44,265 bases of DNA from a virus (Duplodnaviria; Caudoviricetes): positions 1-44,265 of IMG/VR virus record IMGVR_UViG_3300020045_007806. One strand, given 5' to 3'. The notes under the pieces were generated by a model. That model made no database searches. It was not told the origin of the DNA and saw only the letters and a list, made by a program, of their open reading frames with translations. Of the stretch, positions 1 to 9,397 are shown piece after piece (the stretch's first letter is position 1; each line of letters opens with the position of its first letter). Both the position numbers and the translations under genes were made by a program.

Positions 1-1
1 T

Positions 2-1144
2 GATGTGATTGTAGAATTCCTCGATGGAACGAAGTTCCGAATTATTGCTAAAGGTGCAGAACAGAAACTTCGAGGTCTTCTTTGGGATGGGAAACGTCCT
101 GACATCGTCATTTGCGATGATCTAGAGAATGACGAGATTGTGATGAACAAGGATCGTCGAGATAAGTTTAAGAGATGGTTCTATGGAGCTCTTTTACCAT
201 GCCGTAGTCGTGAAGGCATCATTAGATATGTAGGAACGATTCTGCATCTTGACTCTATGCTTGAGAACTTCATGCCTAAAGAGAATGATAAGCAGACAGT
301 TCATGAGGGGCTTAAGATTACCACTACTCGCAAGGGTAGCTGGAAGAGCGTAAAATATAAAGCTCATAATCCTGATTTCTCTGAGATTCTTTGGCCTGAT
401 AAATGGACAGCAGAAGCTCTCAAAGAAGAAAGACAGAGCTACATTGATAGGGGTTTGGCAGACGTTTATTCTCAGGAATACTTGAATGTTCCTATCGATG
501 AATCCTCAACTTACTTTAAGAAGAATGACTTTCTCCCAATACGGGAAGAAGATAGGAAGAAGAAGTTAAACTATTACATTACTGTCGATCTAGCAATCTC
601 CCAAAAGGAAAGAAGCGATTGGAGTGTGTTTATAGTAGGGGGCGTAGATGAAGATAATTTTCTGCATATAAAGAATGTAATCCGTGCTCGAATGGATGGA
701 TTGGAAATTGCAGAAACGACTCTTGCATTACATAAGGTTTATGACCCTCTTGCAATCGGTATCGAGGAAGGACAAATTAGCAAGTCTATTGGTCCTTTCT
801 TGAATCAGCTTATGGTAAAGACAGGACAGTTCCCTACGATTGAAAAGCTCAAAACAATGGGACTGGATAAGGTTACTCGTGCAAAGAGCATCCAAGCTCG
901 AATGAGAGCTGGTGGAGTGAAGTTTGATAAGTCAGAAGATTGGTATCAAACTTTAGAGGATGAATGCATGACATTCCCTCGCTCTAAGCACGATGACCAA
1001 GTAGATGCATTAGCATACATGGGTAGGCTCTTAGATAAGATGATTGAGGCGCCTACAAAAGAGGAACAAGAGGATGAAGACTATCTGAGAGAACTTCAAG
1101 AATCTAATATCGATGAAGGTCGTTCGGAACATACAGGATACTAA
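2..1144 (+). CDS. terL: Terminase large subunit (5'-truncated)
   Basis: Frame is open from the window edge. Walker B region 'LRG..RPDIVICDDLE', 'YVGTILH' coupling motif, nuclease 'ITVDLA', C-terminal 'FPRSKHDDQVDALAY'. Confidence 0.95.
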   Translation, partial: DVIVEFLDGTKFRIIAKGAEQKLRGLLWDGKRPDIVICDDLENDEIVMNKDRRDKFKRWFYGALLPCRSREGIIRYVGTILHLDSMLENFMPKENDKQTVHEGLKITTTRKGSWKSVKYKAHNPDFSEILWPDKWTAEALKEERQSYIDRGLADVYSQEYLNVPIDESSTYFKKNDFLPIREEDRKKKLNYYITVDLAISQKERSDWSVFIVGGVDEDNFLHIKNVIRARMDGLEIAETTLALHKVYDPLAIGIEEGQISKSIGPFLNQLMVKTGQFPTIEKLKTMGLDKVTRAKSIQARMRAGGVKFDKSEDWYQTLEDECMTFPRSKHDDQVDALAYMGRLLDKMIEAPTKEEQEDEDYLRELQESNIDEGRSEHTGY

Positions 1145-3112
1145 ATGGATATAATTCAAAATATTTCAGCTATTAATATTGCTGATTCTCTCTCAGAAGA
1201 TCAATTGCAGAAGATTGGGAAGCAATGCTCACAAGGATATTGTGCGGATAAAAAGAGCCGTAGTGAGTGGGAAGAGAATCTTGAAAAATGGACTAAGATG
1301 GCTTTGCAGATTACTGAATCAAAGACTTATCCTTGGCCCAATGCAAGTAATGTAAAATTCCCCCTTCTTTCTACAGCAGCTATGCAATTTGCTGCTAGGG
1401 CATATCCTACACTTGTTCCTGCTGATGGACAAATTGTTAAATGTAGGGTAGTTGGGAGTGACCCACAAGGTCAAAAGGAAGCGAGAGCAATTCGAGTAAG
1501 CAAACACATGTCCTATCAGGTCATGGAAGAGATGGTTGAATGGGAAGAAGAGATGGACAGACTCCTAATCGCTCTTCCTATTGCTGGAACTGTGTTTAAA
1601 AAGACTTACTACCACCCAGACAAGGGGCGGAATTGCTCTACGCTGGTCTATCCTAAGAATTTAGTAGTGAATTATTGGGCTAAAAGCCTTGAGGATGCTG
1701 AACGGAAGACTGAAATTATCGAAATGTCTCCGAGAGCTCTAAAAGAACGGCAAAGAGTCGGGATTTATTTGGATATTGATCTGGGCGATCCCTCAATTAA
1801 TAAGATTGAAGTTAATAAATCGAATCCTAGTGGGACTAAACCATCTGAGGATGATGAAACGACTCCTTATATCATTCTTGAACAGCATACTTGGTATGAC
1901 TTGGATGATGATGGTTATCCTGAACCTTACATTGTTGTTTTTGAGGAAGCAACGGAGAAGGTATTACGGATTGTAGCGAGATTCAGGGAAGAAGATGTTG
2001 TAATGAATGACAAGGGGGAGATTGCAAAGATCACCCCTACTGAATATTACACTAAATTCTCTTTCTTTCCCAATCCAGATGGGGGATTTTATGATATCGG
2101 ATTCGGACGATTACTTGGAAGCATTAATGCAAGCGTCGATACTCTTATCAACCAACTTATCGATGCTGGAACGCTTTCAAACCTTCAATCTGGTTTCATT
2201 GGAAAAGGTCTTAGAATTAAACTTGGAGATGCTAAATTTACTCCGGGAGAATGGAAGGCAGTAAATGCTACAGGAGATGATATTAAGAAGCAGATTTTCC
2301 CGCTTCCTATAAACGAACCTAGTCTTGTTTTATTCCAATTGTTAAGCTTTTTACAACAAGCTTCTAAAGAACTCGCCTCTATTGCAGAAATCTTTACTGG
2401 TAAGATGCCGGGACAGAATACACCAGCTACGACTACTATGGCTAGTGTGCAAGAAGGAATGCGGCTTTTCACTGCTATCTATAAGCGAATCTATCGGTCT
2501 CTCACTGATGAATTCCGTAAGATATATAAGTTGAATGCTGACTATCTTGATCTATCTGAGATCGTAGACGTACTCGATGAGCCGTTGCAGGAAAGTGATT
2601 ATCAGGGAAACCCTAATGATATTATCCCCTCTGCTGATCCAACTGCTGCTTCGCAGGAGCTGAGGGCTCAGAAAGCAGAGCGATTGGCGCAACTTCTTCC
2701 GCTGGGTACAATCAATCCGATGGAAGTAACTCAGAGAATCCTTGTAGCATACGAAGAACCTGCAATTGAGAAATTGATTATGCAGCCCCAGCCGAAACCC
2801 GATCCTAAGACAGAAGCCTTAAAAGCTAAAGCACAGTTGGATCAAATGAAGGCACAGCATGATATGCAGATCGCTGAAATGAAGATGCAATTAGAGCAAG
2901 CTTCAGCAGAACAAGAAATGCAGATGAAAGCTCAAATGCAACAAATGGATTTGGTCTTTAAAGTTAAAGAAGCTGAATTGAAATTAAGAATGGCCCAAGC
3001 AGATCATATGATGGGACAGCAACAAACGGCTGAGAGTCATATGATGAAGATGGGGCAACAAGAGCAACAGCATCAACAGAAGATGAGGCAGCAACCTAAA
3101 AAAGGAGAGTAA
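1145..3112 (+). CDS. Portal protein
   Basis: 655 aa directly after TerL; podovirus portal-like core with a Q/M-rich coiled-coil C-terminus like the P22 barrel. Confidence 0.9.
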   Translation: MDIIQNISAINIADSLSEDQLQKIGKQCSQGYCADKKSRSEWEENLEKWTKMALQITESKTYPWPNASNVKFPLLSTAAMQFAARAYPTLVPADGQIVKCRVVGSDPQGQKEARAIRVSKHMSYQVMEEMVEWEEEMDRLLIALPIAGTVFKKTYYHPDKGRNCSTLVYPKNLVVNYWAKSLEDAERKTEIIEMSPRALKERQRVGIYLDIDLGDPSINKIEVNKSNPSGTKPSEDDETTPYIILEQHTWYDLDDDGYPEPYIVVFEEATEKVLRIVARFREEDVVMNDKGEIAKITPTEYYTKFSFFPNPDGGFYDIGFGRLLGSINASVDTLINQLIDAGTLSNLQSGFIGKGLRIKLGDAKFTPGEWKAVNATGDDIKKQIFPLPINEPSLVLFQLLSFLQQASKELASIAEIFTGKMPGQNTPATTTMASVQEGMRLFTAIYKRIYRSLTDEFRKIYKLNADYLDLSEIVDVLDEPLQESDYQGNPNDIIPSADPTAASQELRAQKAERLAQLLPLGTINPMEVTQRILVAYEEPAIEKLIMQPQPKPDPKTEALKAKAQLDQMKAQHDMQIAEMKMQLEQASAEQEMQMKAQMQQMDLVFKVKEAELKLRMAQADHMMGQQQTAESHMMKMGQQEQQHQQKMRQQPKKGE

Positions 3113-3322
3113 ATGATTAATAAGGAAGAGTTTATGGATTGGAAGTCTAATCCTGTAACTAAGGCTTTTTTCTCAGCAGCAGAGGAACGGATTTCAGATG
3201 CTAAAGACAGTTTAGCAGGGAGTGCGGGACTAGACCCAGATATGGATAATTTTCTTAGGGGATTTATTCATGCATACCGAGAGATACAACAATTTCGTAT
3301 AGAGGAATCAGATGAAAATTAA
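3113..3322 (+). CDS. Hypothetical head-module protein
   Basis: 69 aa, AGGAG SD, abuts portal. Confidence 0.75.
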   Translation: MINKEEFMDWKSNPVTKAFFSAAEERISDAKDSLAGSAGLDPDMDNFLRGFIHAYREIQQFRIEESDEN

Positions 3323-3632
3323 GCCAGTATTGCATCGTCTTATTGTTCTGCCTGATAAGGTAGAAGATGCAGATGATCTTATTAAGCGTGCAAAGGCCGC
3401 AGGACTTGAGATTGAACTTGATAAGCGAGAACAAAGAGCGATGACTACAGGAACAGTTGTCTCCATTGGTTCCACAGCCTATAAGCATCAATTTGGATCA
3501 AGTGCAGAAGAACAAGGGATTGCAGAAGGCAGTCATATCTTGTTTGAGAAATATGCAGGAGGTGCAGTTCCTAATACGGAATTTATCCTGCTTAATGACG
3601 AAGACGTTTTAGGAGTATTAGAAGATGAGTGA
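3312..3632 (+). CDS. groES: Co-chaperonin GroES-like protein
   Basis: 'IKPVLHRLIV', 'GTVVSIG', 'ILFEKYAG', 'ILLNDEDVLGVL' match the Cpn10 pattern. Confidence 0.9.
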   Translation: MKIKPVLHRLIVLPDKVEDADDLIKRAKAAGLEIELDKREQRAMTTGTVVSIGSTAYKHQFGSSAEEQGIAEGSHILFEKYAGGAVPNTEFILLNDEDVLGVLEDE

Positions 3633-4410
3633 AGAGAATAACCAAGAAGAAGGTCAAGAACAGCAACAAGAAAATCAAGAACAAGAATTTTCTCCTATTG
3701 AACAAAAAGCCATTGAAATGGGCTGGAGGAAAGACTTTGAAGGTGATCCTGATGATTTCATTGATGCTAAAGAGTTTGTAAGGCGCAAGCCTCTCTTTGA
3801 TAAGATTGAAGCACAAAATCGTAAAATCAAAGATATGGATAAGACAGTTGAGGCGCTAAAGACTCACTACAGTAAGGTAAAGGAAACTGAATATAAACGT
3901 GCACTTGAGGCTCTTAAGGCACAAAAGAAGCAAGCTCTTGTCGATGGTGATGCAGACCAACTCTTAGAAGTTGATGAAGCTATTGCTGAAGTGAGGGCAG
4001 CCCAACTTGAAGATGAGAGGAAACAACCTTCTCAACAGGAAATCCATCCTGACTTCACAGTTTGGGTAGATCGGAATAAGTGGTATCTACAAGATAGCGA
4101 AATGCGAGAGATGGCAGATGCCTTTGGGCATGCATATAAAAATAGCCATCCTGATGTAGAGCCAAATGAAATTCTGAAAGCAGTAGAACAGAGGGTTAAA
4201 AAGACTTTCCCTGAAAAGTTTTCAAACCCAAAGAGAGGCCAACCTTCAGCAGTTGAAGGTTCATCGAACACCTCTACTAGAAAACCAAGTAAAGATACTT
4301 TTGAACTTACTGATGAACAAAAGCAAGTTATGAATAAGTTTGTTCGTCAAGGGGTTATGACTAAAGAGCAATATATTGCTGATCTAAAAGCAGCAGAAGG
4401 GATTGCGTAA
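3625..4410 (+). CDS. Putative capsid scaffolding protein
   Basis: Acidic N-terminus, coiled coil, lies between portal and capsid genes. Confidence 0.7.
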   Translation: MSEENNQEEGQEQQQENQEQEFSPIEQKAIEMGWRKDFEGDPDDFIDAKEFVRRKPLFDKIEAQNRKIKDMDKTVEALKTHYSKVKETEYKRALEALKAQKKQALVDGDADQLLEVDEAIAEVRAAQLEDERKQPSQQEIHPDFTVWVDRNKWYLQDSEMREMADAFGHAYKNSHPDVEPNEILKAVEQRVKKTFPEKFSNPKRGQPSAVEGSSNTSTRKPSKDTFELTDEQKQVMNKFVRQGVMTKEQYIADLKAAEGIA

Positions 4411-4808
4411 TGACTATGAATGAATCGTTAGTTAAGCGGCGTAAGCGCCGTACTCCAGTAAACGGTACAAGGAATGTTCTTAATGTGCGGGGGAAAGACC
4501 CTGCTTTTGAATATCGTATTGTTAATGATACTGGGGATCGAATCGCTGCGTTTGAAGAGCAAGGGTGGGAAGTTGTCACAGACAATACTATCCAGATCGG
4601 AGAACGCAGGGTTAATAACCCTACAGCTAAAGGTTCTGTAGTATCAGCAAGTGTTGGGCAAGGTATGAAGGCAGTTCTCATGAAGATTCCAAAGGAATTC
4701 TATCAAGAGGATCAAGAAGCAAAAGCTGCTGCCATTGCCGAGACTGAAGCTGATATTAAGAATCGGGCTAGACAAGAAGGATTTTATGGGAAGTTGGAGA
4801 TTAAATAA
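4410..4808 (+). CDS. Conserved head-module hypothetical protein
   Basis: 132 aa, TAATG-coupled to the scaffold gene. Confidence 0.75.
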   Translation: MTMNESLVKRRKRRTPVNGTRNVLNVRGKDPAFEYRIVNDTGDRIAAFEEQGWEVVTDNTIQIGERRVNNPTAKGSVVSASVGQGMKAVLMKIPKEFYQEDQEAKAAAIAETEADIKNRARQEGFYGKLEIK

Positions 4809-4815
4809 ACCTCAT

Positions 4816-4849
4816 AAGCCTTCTTCAATAAAGAATTTTAAGGAGGCTT
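4816..4849 (+). promoter_or_regulatory. Hairpin sequestering the Shine-Dalgarno of the 4853 gene
   Basis: AAGCCTTCTT (4816-4825) pairs over 10 bp (one G-U) with AAGGAGGCTT (4840-4849), which contains the SD. Confidence 0.6.
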
Positions 4850-4852
4850 TAA

Positions 4853-5491
4853 ATGGCTAATGTTTCTCGTGTATTTGGTTTTCGTCCTGTAAAGCACACT
4901 TCTGGTGCGCCTTATAACGGACAAGCCAATTTGTATGAATTTGCAGTTGGTGAAACTGTTCCCCTTTTCGTTGGTGATGCAGTACTCCGTTCTACGGAAG
5001 CTTCTACTAGCGGTTTGGTGACTGTTAAGTCCCTTTCTGGGCATGCTACGGATGCGAATGATGTAACGTCTGGTGTTGTTATGGGTGTTGTGGTGGGTAT
5101 TGTGAATGCTAAGTTCGATCGTTTAACTGGCAAGATGACTGCTGGTTCGATTGCTCTTGATACCCCTCAATATGCACCTGAAGGTACTAAGGCGTTTGTT
5201 CTCGTAGCAGATGCTATTGATATTATTTATGAAATTCAATCTACAGCTTCTTATGCTCTTGCTGATATTGGTCTGAATGCAGACGTTGGTGTTCTTGCGA
5301 ATGCTACTGCTAAGACGACTGGTGTCTCTCCGATGTATGTGAATGCGACTTCTCCGACGGCTTCTGCCTCGCGTCCTGTCCATGTTATCGGTTATAGCTT
5401 ACGCATCGATAATGAAGCCCCTGCTGCCAATAATAAACTGCTTGTTCAGTTTACTACGCACGCTCAGGGTAACGCTATTGTTGGCGTATAA
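4853..5491 (+). CDS. Putative capsid decoration/cement protein
   Basis: Small-residue, beta-rich 212 aa immediately upstream of the capsid gene; strong SD. Confidence 0.6.
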   Translation: MANVSRVFGFRPVKHTSGAPYNGQANLYEFAVGETVPLFVGDAVLRSTEASTSGLVTVKSLSGHATDANDVTSGVVMGVVVGIVNAKFDRLTGKMTAGSIALDTPQYAPEGTKAFVLVADAIDIIYEIQSTASYALADIGLNADVGVLANATAKTTGVSPMYVNATSPTASASRPVHVIGYSLRIDNEAPAANNKLLVQFTTHAQGNAIVGV

Positions 5492-5511
5492 TAGTTAAAG
5501 GAGAATAAGAA

Positions 5512-6420
5512 ATGGCTGTCATCACTTCGTCTAGTTTTGCAAAGGCTCTTTGGCCCGGTGTAAATGCGTGGTATGGAAAGTCTTATAAAGATTATCCGGT
5601 TGAATGGGAAAGTCTGTTTGAGAAGAACACTTCGAGTAAGGCATTTGAAGAAGATGTCGGACTGAGTTCTTTCGGGCTTGCTGCTGTTAAATCTGAAGGT
5701 GGCCCTATTAGTTATGATACGGAAACTCAGGGTTTCACGAGTCGTTACAACCATGTGGTATATGCCCTTGGTTTTATCATCACTCGGGAAATCTTTGAAG
5801 ATGACCAGTATGATGTTGTGGGCAAGCGTAAGGCGAATGCCTTGGCTCGTTCGATGCGTCAAACCAAGGAAATCGTTGGGGCTAATATCTTCAATCGTTC
5901 GACTACTTCTGGTTATACTGGTGGCGATGGCATTGTTCTTTTGAGTGCCTCCCATGTGAATATCTCGGGTGGCACTTATAGCAACATCCTCGGCACTGCT
6001 TCGGATATTAGTGAGGCTGCTCTTGAGCAAGCTCATATTGATATCGCTGCTTTCCGTGATGATCGTGGTCTTCTGATTGCGGCTCGTCCTCGTAAGCTTA
6101 TTATCCATCCGGCTAATCAGTTTGAAGTGAGGCGTATTCTTGGTTCTGATGGTCGTGTCGGTACTGCTGATAATGATCTGAATGCGCTCAAGACTATGGG
6201 GATTATCCCTGAAGTCGTGGTTAATCACTATCTCACGGATTCGGATGCTTGGCATATCCTTACGGATGTTCCGGATGGTCTGAAGTATTTTGAGCGTCGG
6301 GCTGATGCTTTCGATATGGATAATGATTTTGATACTGAGAATGCTAAGTTCAAGGCTACTTGTCGTTATTCTTTCGGGTGGACTGATCCGCGCGGCATTT
6401 ACGGTTCGCCGGGTGCTTAA
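5512..6420 (+). CDS. Major capsid protein
   Basis: 302 aa; 'KSEGGPISYD', 'YALGFIITRE', C-terminal 'RYSFGWTDPRGIYGSPGA' typical of a widespread capsid family; followed by a terminator. Confidence 0.9.
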   Translation: MAVITSSSFAKALWPGVNAWYGKSYKDYPVEWESLFEKNTSSKAFEEDVGLSSFGLAAVKSEGGPISYDTETQGFTSRYNHVVYALGFIITREIFEDDQYDVVGKRKANALARSMRQTKEIVGANIFNRSTTSGYTGGDGIVLLSASHVNISGGTYSNILGTASDISEAALEQAHIDIAAFRDDRGLLIAARPRKLIIHPANQFEVRRILGSDGRVGTADNDLNALKTMGIIPEVVVNHYLTDSDAWHILTDVPDGLKYFERRADAFDMDNDFDTENAKFKATCRYSFGWTDPRGIYGSPGA

Positions 6421-6429
6421 TTGTAATAG

Positions 6430-6455
6430 GCAGGGGAGCAATCCCCTGCTTTCTT
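6430..6455 (+). terminator. Rho-independent terminator
   Basis: GCAGGGGA-GCAA-TCCCCTGC followed by TTTCTT. Confidence 0.85.
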
Positions 6456-6512
6456 CTAATATGGCGAAAGCTGATACTCTCTCTTAGTGATATTAGAATT
6501 TAAGGAGATATA

Positions 6513-7496
6513 ATGAGTACATTTGGTGATCAACTGTTTCAATTTGGGGGCAGTCCTGTTGGGCTCCCTATTACTTTCGGTACTGGTGCTGGTAAGGGTC
6601 CCGGTAAGGTTTTCTTTGTAAATCCTACTTCTGGTAGTGATGGCAATGTTGGTACGCGAATGGATAAGCCTTTCTCGACTATTGCTAAAGCTTATGAATC
6701 AGCAACGACTAATAATCATGATATGATTGTTCTCTCTGCTAATTCAGCTCATGCGGCTACGGATGAACTGACTGTAACGAAGAATCGAGTTCATTTCTGG
6801 GGACTGGATGCGGTGGGCCGTTATTATGGCCAGCGTTCTCGTTGGACTATGGGAGTTACTTCTGGCACTGCTATTGCTATTGTTCAGAATACGGGTGTTG
6901 GTAATTCTTGGTCTAATATCAAGTTTGACAGTTCTGATACCTTGTCCACTAGTAAATACGCATTTGCGGAAGGCGGTGAATATACCGTACTTGAAAACTG
7001 TGAGATATATAGTTCGGGGCAAGTCAGTGTAGCAACTGCTGCTCAACTGTTGATGAATGGGGACAGTGCCCTCGTTCGTAAATGTACTATTGGCTCACTT
7101 GCTACGGCAATGACAGCAGCCAATACGAATGTATTGCTTACTGGGGGGACAATCTCAGGCAAGAAGTGTCGTGACGTAACTTTTGAGGATTGCTTGTTTT
7201 GGCTTAAGAGTACGAGTGCAACAGCTAGTCATTTCCATGCAACTGTGGCTACTGACGTTGAACGGATGCTGCTTATTAAGAATTGTGCAATGATTGTGGC
7301 TAAACTTAGTACTGCTACTGTGGGTGATGCTATTATCGTTGACTCTGCTCAAACAGAAGGTCAAATTATAGTTATTAATACCCCCAATGTTAATTCCACT
7401 GCTCTTGGCACTACGGGTTCTGTAGGCATTCTGTACTATGGTCCTGAAATCGCTACGGCCGGTACTGCTGGTAATCCGGTGGCTGTTACGGATTAA
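6513..7496 (+). CDS. Virion protein with pectin lyase-like beta-helix
   Basis: 'FFVNPTSGSDGNVG..DKPFSTIAKA' beta-helix cap motif, then repeated 'LENCEI/VRKCTI/FEDCLF/IKNCAM' rungs. Confidence 0.7.
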   Translation: MSTFGDQLFQFGGSPVGLPITFGTGAGKGPGKVFFVNPTSGSDGNVGTRMDKPFSTIAKAYESATTNNHDMIVLSANSAHAATDELTVTKNRVHFWGLDAVGRYYGQRSRWTMGVTSGTAIAIVQNTGVGNSWSNIKFDSSDTLSTSKYAFAEGGEYTVLENCEIYSSGQVSVATAAQLLMNGDSALVRKCTIGSLATAMTAANTNVLLTGGTISGKKCRDVTFEDCLFWLKSTSATASHFHATVATDVERMLLIKNCAMIVAKLSTATVGDAIIVDSAQTEGQIIVINTPNVNSTALGTTGSVGILYYGPEIATAGTAGNPVAVTD

Positions 7497-7498
7497 TC

Positions 7499-7690
7499 AT
7501 GACAGGACTGCCTGACAAAATGACTGGTGAGGATCTTATCAAGCAAGAGAACTACGAATTTGGTTTAGAAAAACAATATGTAGATACTCTTGATCGAGTG
7601 GATCGTCGAGATAAACGAGGAGAGATTGTATCATTTGCAACATCTTCTAAATATCGAGTTGGTTATGATCGGATAGATTGGAATAAGTAA
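7499..7690 (+). CDS. Hypothetical protein
   Basis: Short ORF filling the gap before a terminator; start may be at 7520. Confidence 0.6.
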   Translation: MTGLPDKMTGEDLIKQENYEFGLEKQYVDTLDRVDRRDKRGEIVSFATSSKYRVGYDRIDWNK

Positions 7691-7696
7691 TATCCC

Positions 7697-7737
7697 AAGA
7701 GGGGAGGCTGTTAATCAGGTCTCTCCTCTTTTTTTTT
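7697..7737 (+). terminator. Rho-independent terminator
   Basis: AAGAGGGGAGGCTG-TTAAT-CAGGTCTCTCCTCTT with a T9 run. Confidence 0.85.
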
Positions 7738-7778
7738 GCATATAAATTCGTAGCAGGTACAATTTATAGGAGTTTGAA

Positions 7779-8183
7779 ATGGTTGATACTGTTGATACAT
7801 TAAATGTTTTTATAGGAACACGTAAGCGTGTTTATCGTTTTACTAATACTTCAGACTCCACGGGTGAATCTGCTGTTATCAAAATTGATCGTTCTGGATT
7901 AGTGGGACCTAATGGTAGCGTCCCTACATATATCGTTATTGAAGAAATCCAGTGGTCTATTCAAGGTTTTACAAGTGTCTCCCTTTTATGGGATGATGGA
8001 ACGGATGATGAAATTGTAACTCTTGCTGCTGGTACTGGAGTTGCAAGTTGGGTTGAATTCGGGGGATTAAAGCCTCCGCAAGTACCGGGTTCAGCAGGTG
8101 AAGGGGATGTTCTTTTAACAACTGCTGGAGCTGTTGCTGGAGCTACGTATACTATCACGATGGTAGTTAGGTTGAAGGATTAA
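7779..8183 (+). CDS. Putative virion structural protein
   Basis: AGGAG SD; beta-rich 134 aa. Confidence 0.7.
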   Translation: MVDTVDTLNVFIGTRKRVYRFTNTSDSTGESAVIKIDRSGLVGPNGSVPTYIVIEEIQWSIQGFTSVSLLWDDGTDDEIVTLAAGTGVASWVEFGGLKPPQVPGSAGEGDVLLTTAGAVAGATYTITMVVRLKD

Positions 8184-8185
8184 TT

Positions 8186-8881
8186 ATGTCTTTGTTGATG
8201 AAGACACGATTAGGAACCCCTTCCTTACAAGCTGCTCCTGTACCCCCGAGGAATATTGCTTCTTATCTCTCCCTTCCCGGAGTAAATAGTAACTTCGCGT
8301 CAACTCCTGATAGTGTTGCCAATTCGATTACCGGAGATATCGATCTTCGGATAAAACTTGCAATGACGGACTGGACCCCTTCCGCCAGCAAAATGCTGAT
8401 TTCAAAATTGGCCGGTGTGGGAGCGAGGTCGTATGACTTTTTTGTGGATACCATTGGACGATTGAATTTCCGTTCTTCCACAGACGGCACGACCATCAAT
8501 GTCCAGTCGGTGTCCGCCGCTCTTGGAATTGCGGACACAACTACAAAATGGGTGAGGGCCACCAGAAATGCCACGACAGGCGAAGTCAAATTTTATACAT
8601 CGGATGATGGGGTTTCGTGGTCGCTGGTAACAACTGTCGCGGATGTTGCCGGGGCGATGTTCAATTCAACAACTTCGCTCGTAGTGGGAGCACAGCCAAC
8701 AGGGGTACAACCTGTTCTTGGAAGTGTCTATCTAGCCAGAGTCTATAGCGGGATCGACGGAACTCTTGCCGCTGAGTTTGATCCATCAAGAGCCTTAAAA
8801 TACAATAGCTTTGTCGGGAGTTCTACAGGAGAACTCTGGACAATTAATAAATCTGGTGCTACACCAGCAGTTCTTTTGTGA
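8186..8881 (+). CDS. LamG/concanavalin A-like lectin domain protein
   Basis: 'LISK', 'WVRATRNATTGEVKFY', 'STTSLVVGA', 'GSVYLARVY' fit a LamG-type jelly-roll. Confidence 0.7.
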   Translation: MSLLMKTRLGTPSLQAAPVPPRNIASYLSLPGVNSNFASTPDSVANSITGDIDLRIKLAMTDWTPSASKMLISKLAGVGARSYDFFVDTIGRLNFRSSTDGTTINVQSVSAALGIADTTTKWVRATRNATTGEVKFYTSDDGVSWSLVTTVADVAGAMFNSTTSLVVGAQPTGVQPVLGSVYLARVYSGIDGTLAAEFDPSRALKYNSFVGSSTGELWTINKSGATPAVLL

Positions 8882-9066
8882 GAAAATTAATGACTATTGA
8901 ACAAAGTAAAATCGTATTAGATAGCCTTTCTATTGGAACTGTTTTAGGAACATTGATAGGAATCCTTCCAGCAATAGCTGCTTTCTTTACAATAATCTGG
9001 ACAATGATTAGGATATACGAGACTAAGACTATTCAGAGTTTCATAAAGAGGATAAGAAATGGCTAA
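8878..9066 (+). CDS. Small membrane protein (holin-like)
   Basis: Long hydrophobic stretch followed by a basic C-terminus. Confidence 0.55.
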   Translation: MRKLMTIEQSKIVLDSLSIGTVLGTLIGILPAIAAFFTIIWTMIRIYETKTIQSFIKRIRNG

Positions 9067-9397
9067 TGATTGGTCATATATTTCTGGGGATTGGAATATA
9101 ATTTGTGATGTATGTTCCAGAAAAATTAAAGCCAGTAAATCTAAGAAAAGATGGGATGGTTTTATTGTTTGTCCAGAATGTTATGAACCTCGCCATTCAT
9201 TAGATTTTATTAGAGCTAGGGCAGATAAGATTAGTGTTCCCTTTACAAGGCCCGCTGTCAACCCTAATGATGAAACTTTTATAGGACCTGCTTATATTTC
9301 AGTAGGTGCAGCTTGCACTCCTTCTGGAAGTCAGGCAATTCCTAATTTAGCAGTACCGGGGTGTATGATCCCCAATTATCAACTTACAGGATTATAA
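9059..9397 (+). CDS. Zn-finger hypothetical protein
   Basis: CDVC...CPEC motif, 'WDGFIVC..C.EPRH'. Confidence 0.7.
   Translation: MANDWSYISGDWNIICDVCSRKIKASKSKKRWDGFIVCPECYEPRHSLDFIRARADKISVPFTRPAVNPNDETFIGPAYISVGAACTPSGSQAIPNLAVPGCMIPNYQLTGL

Noticed and set aside
2860-3100. Q/M-rich quasi-repeats in the portal 3' end
   Set aside because: Ordinary coiled-coil low complexity, not a DNA repeat array.
5464-6441. 325-aa antisense ORF over the capsid gene, and other shadow ORFs
   Set aside because: Explained by codon bias of the sense gene; no SD or recognisable motifs.
6463-6490. Hammerhead-like words (GAAA, CTGA) after the capsid terminator
   Set aside because: Lacks the CUGANGA core and the correct stem order.
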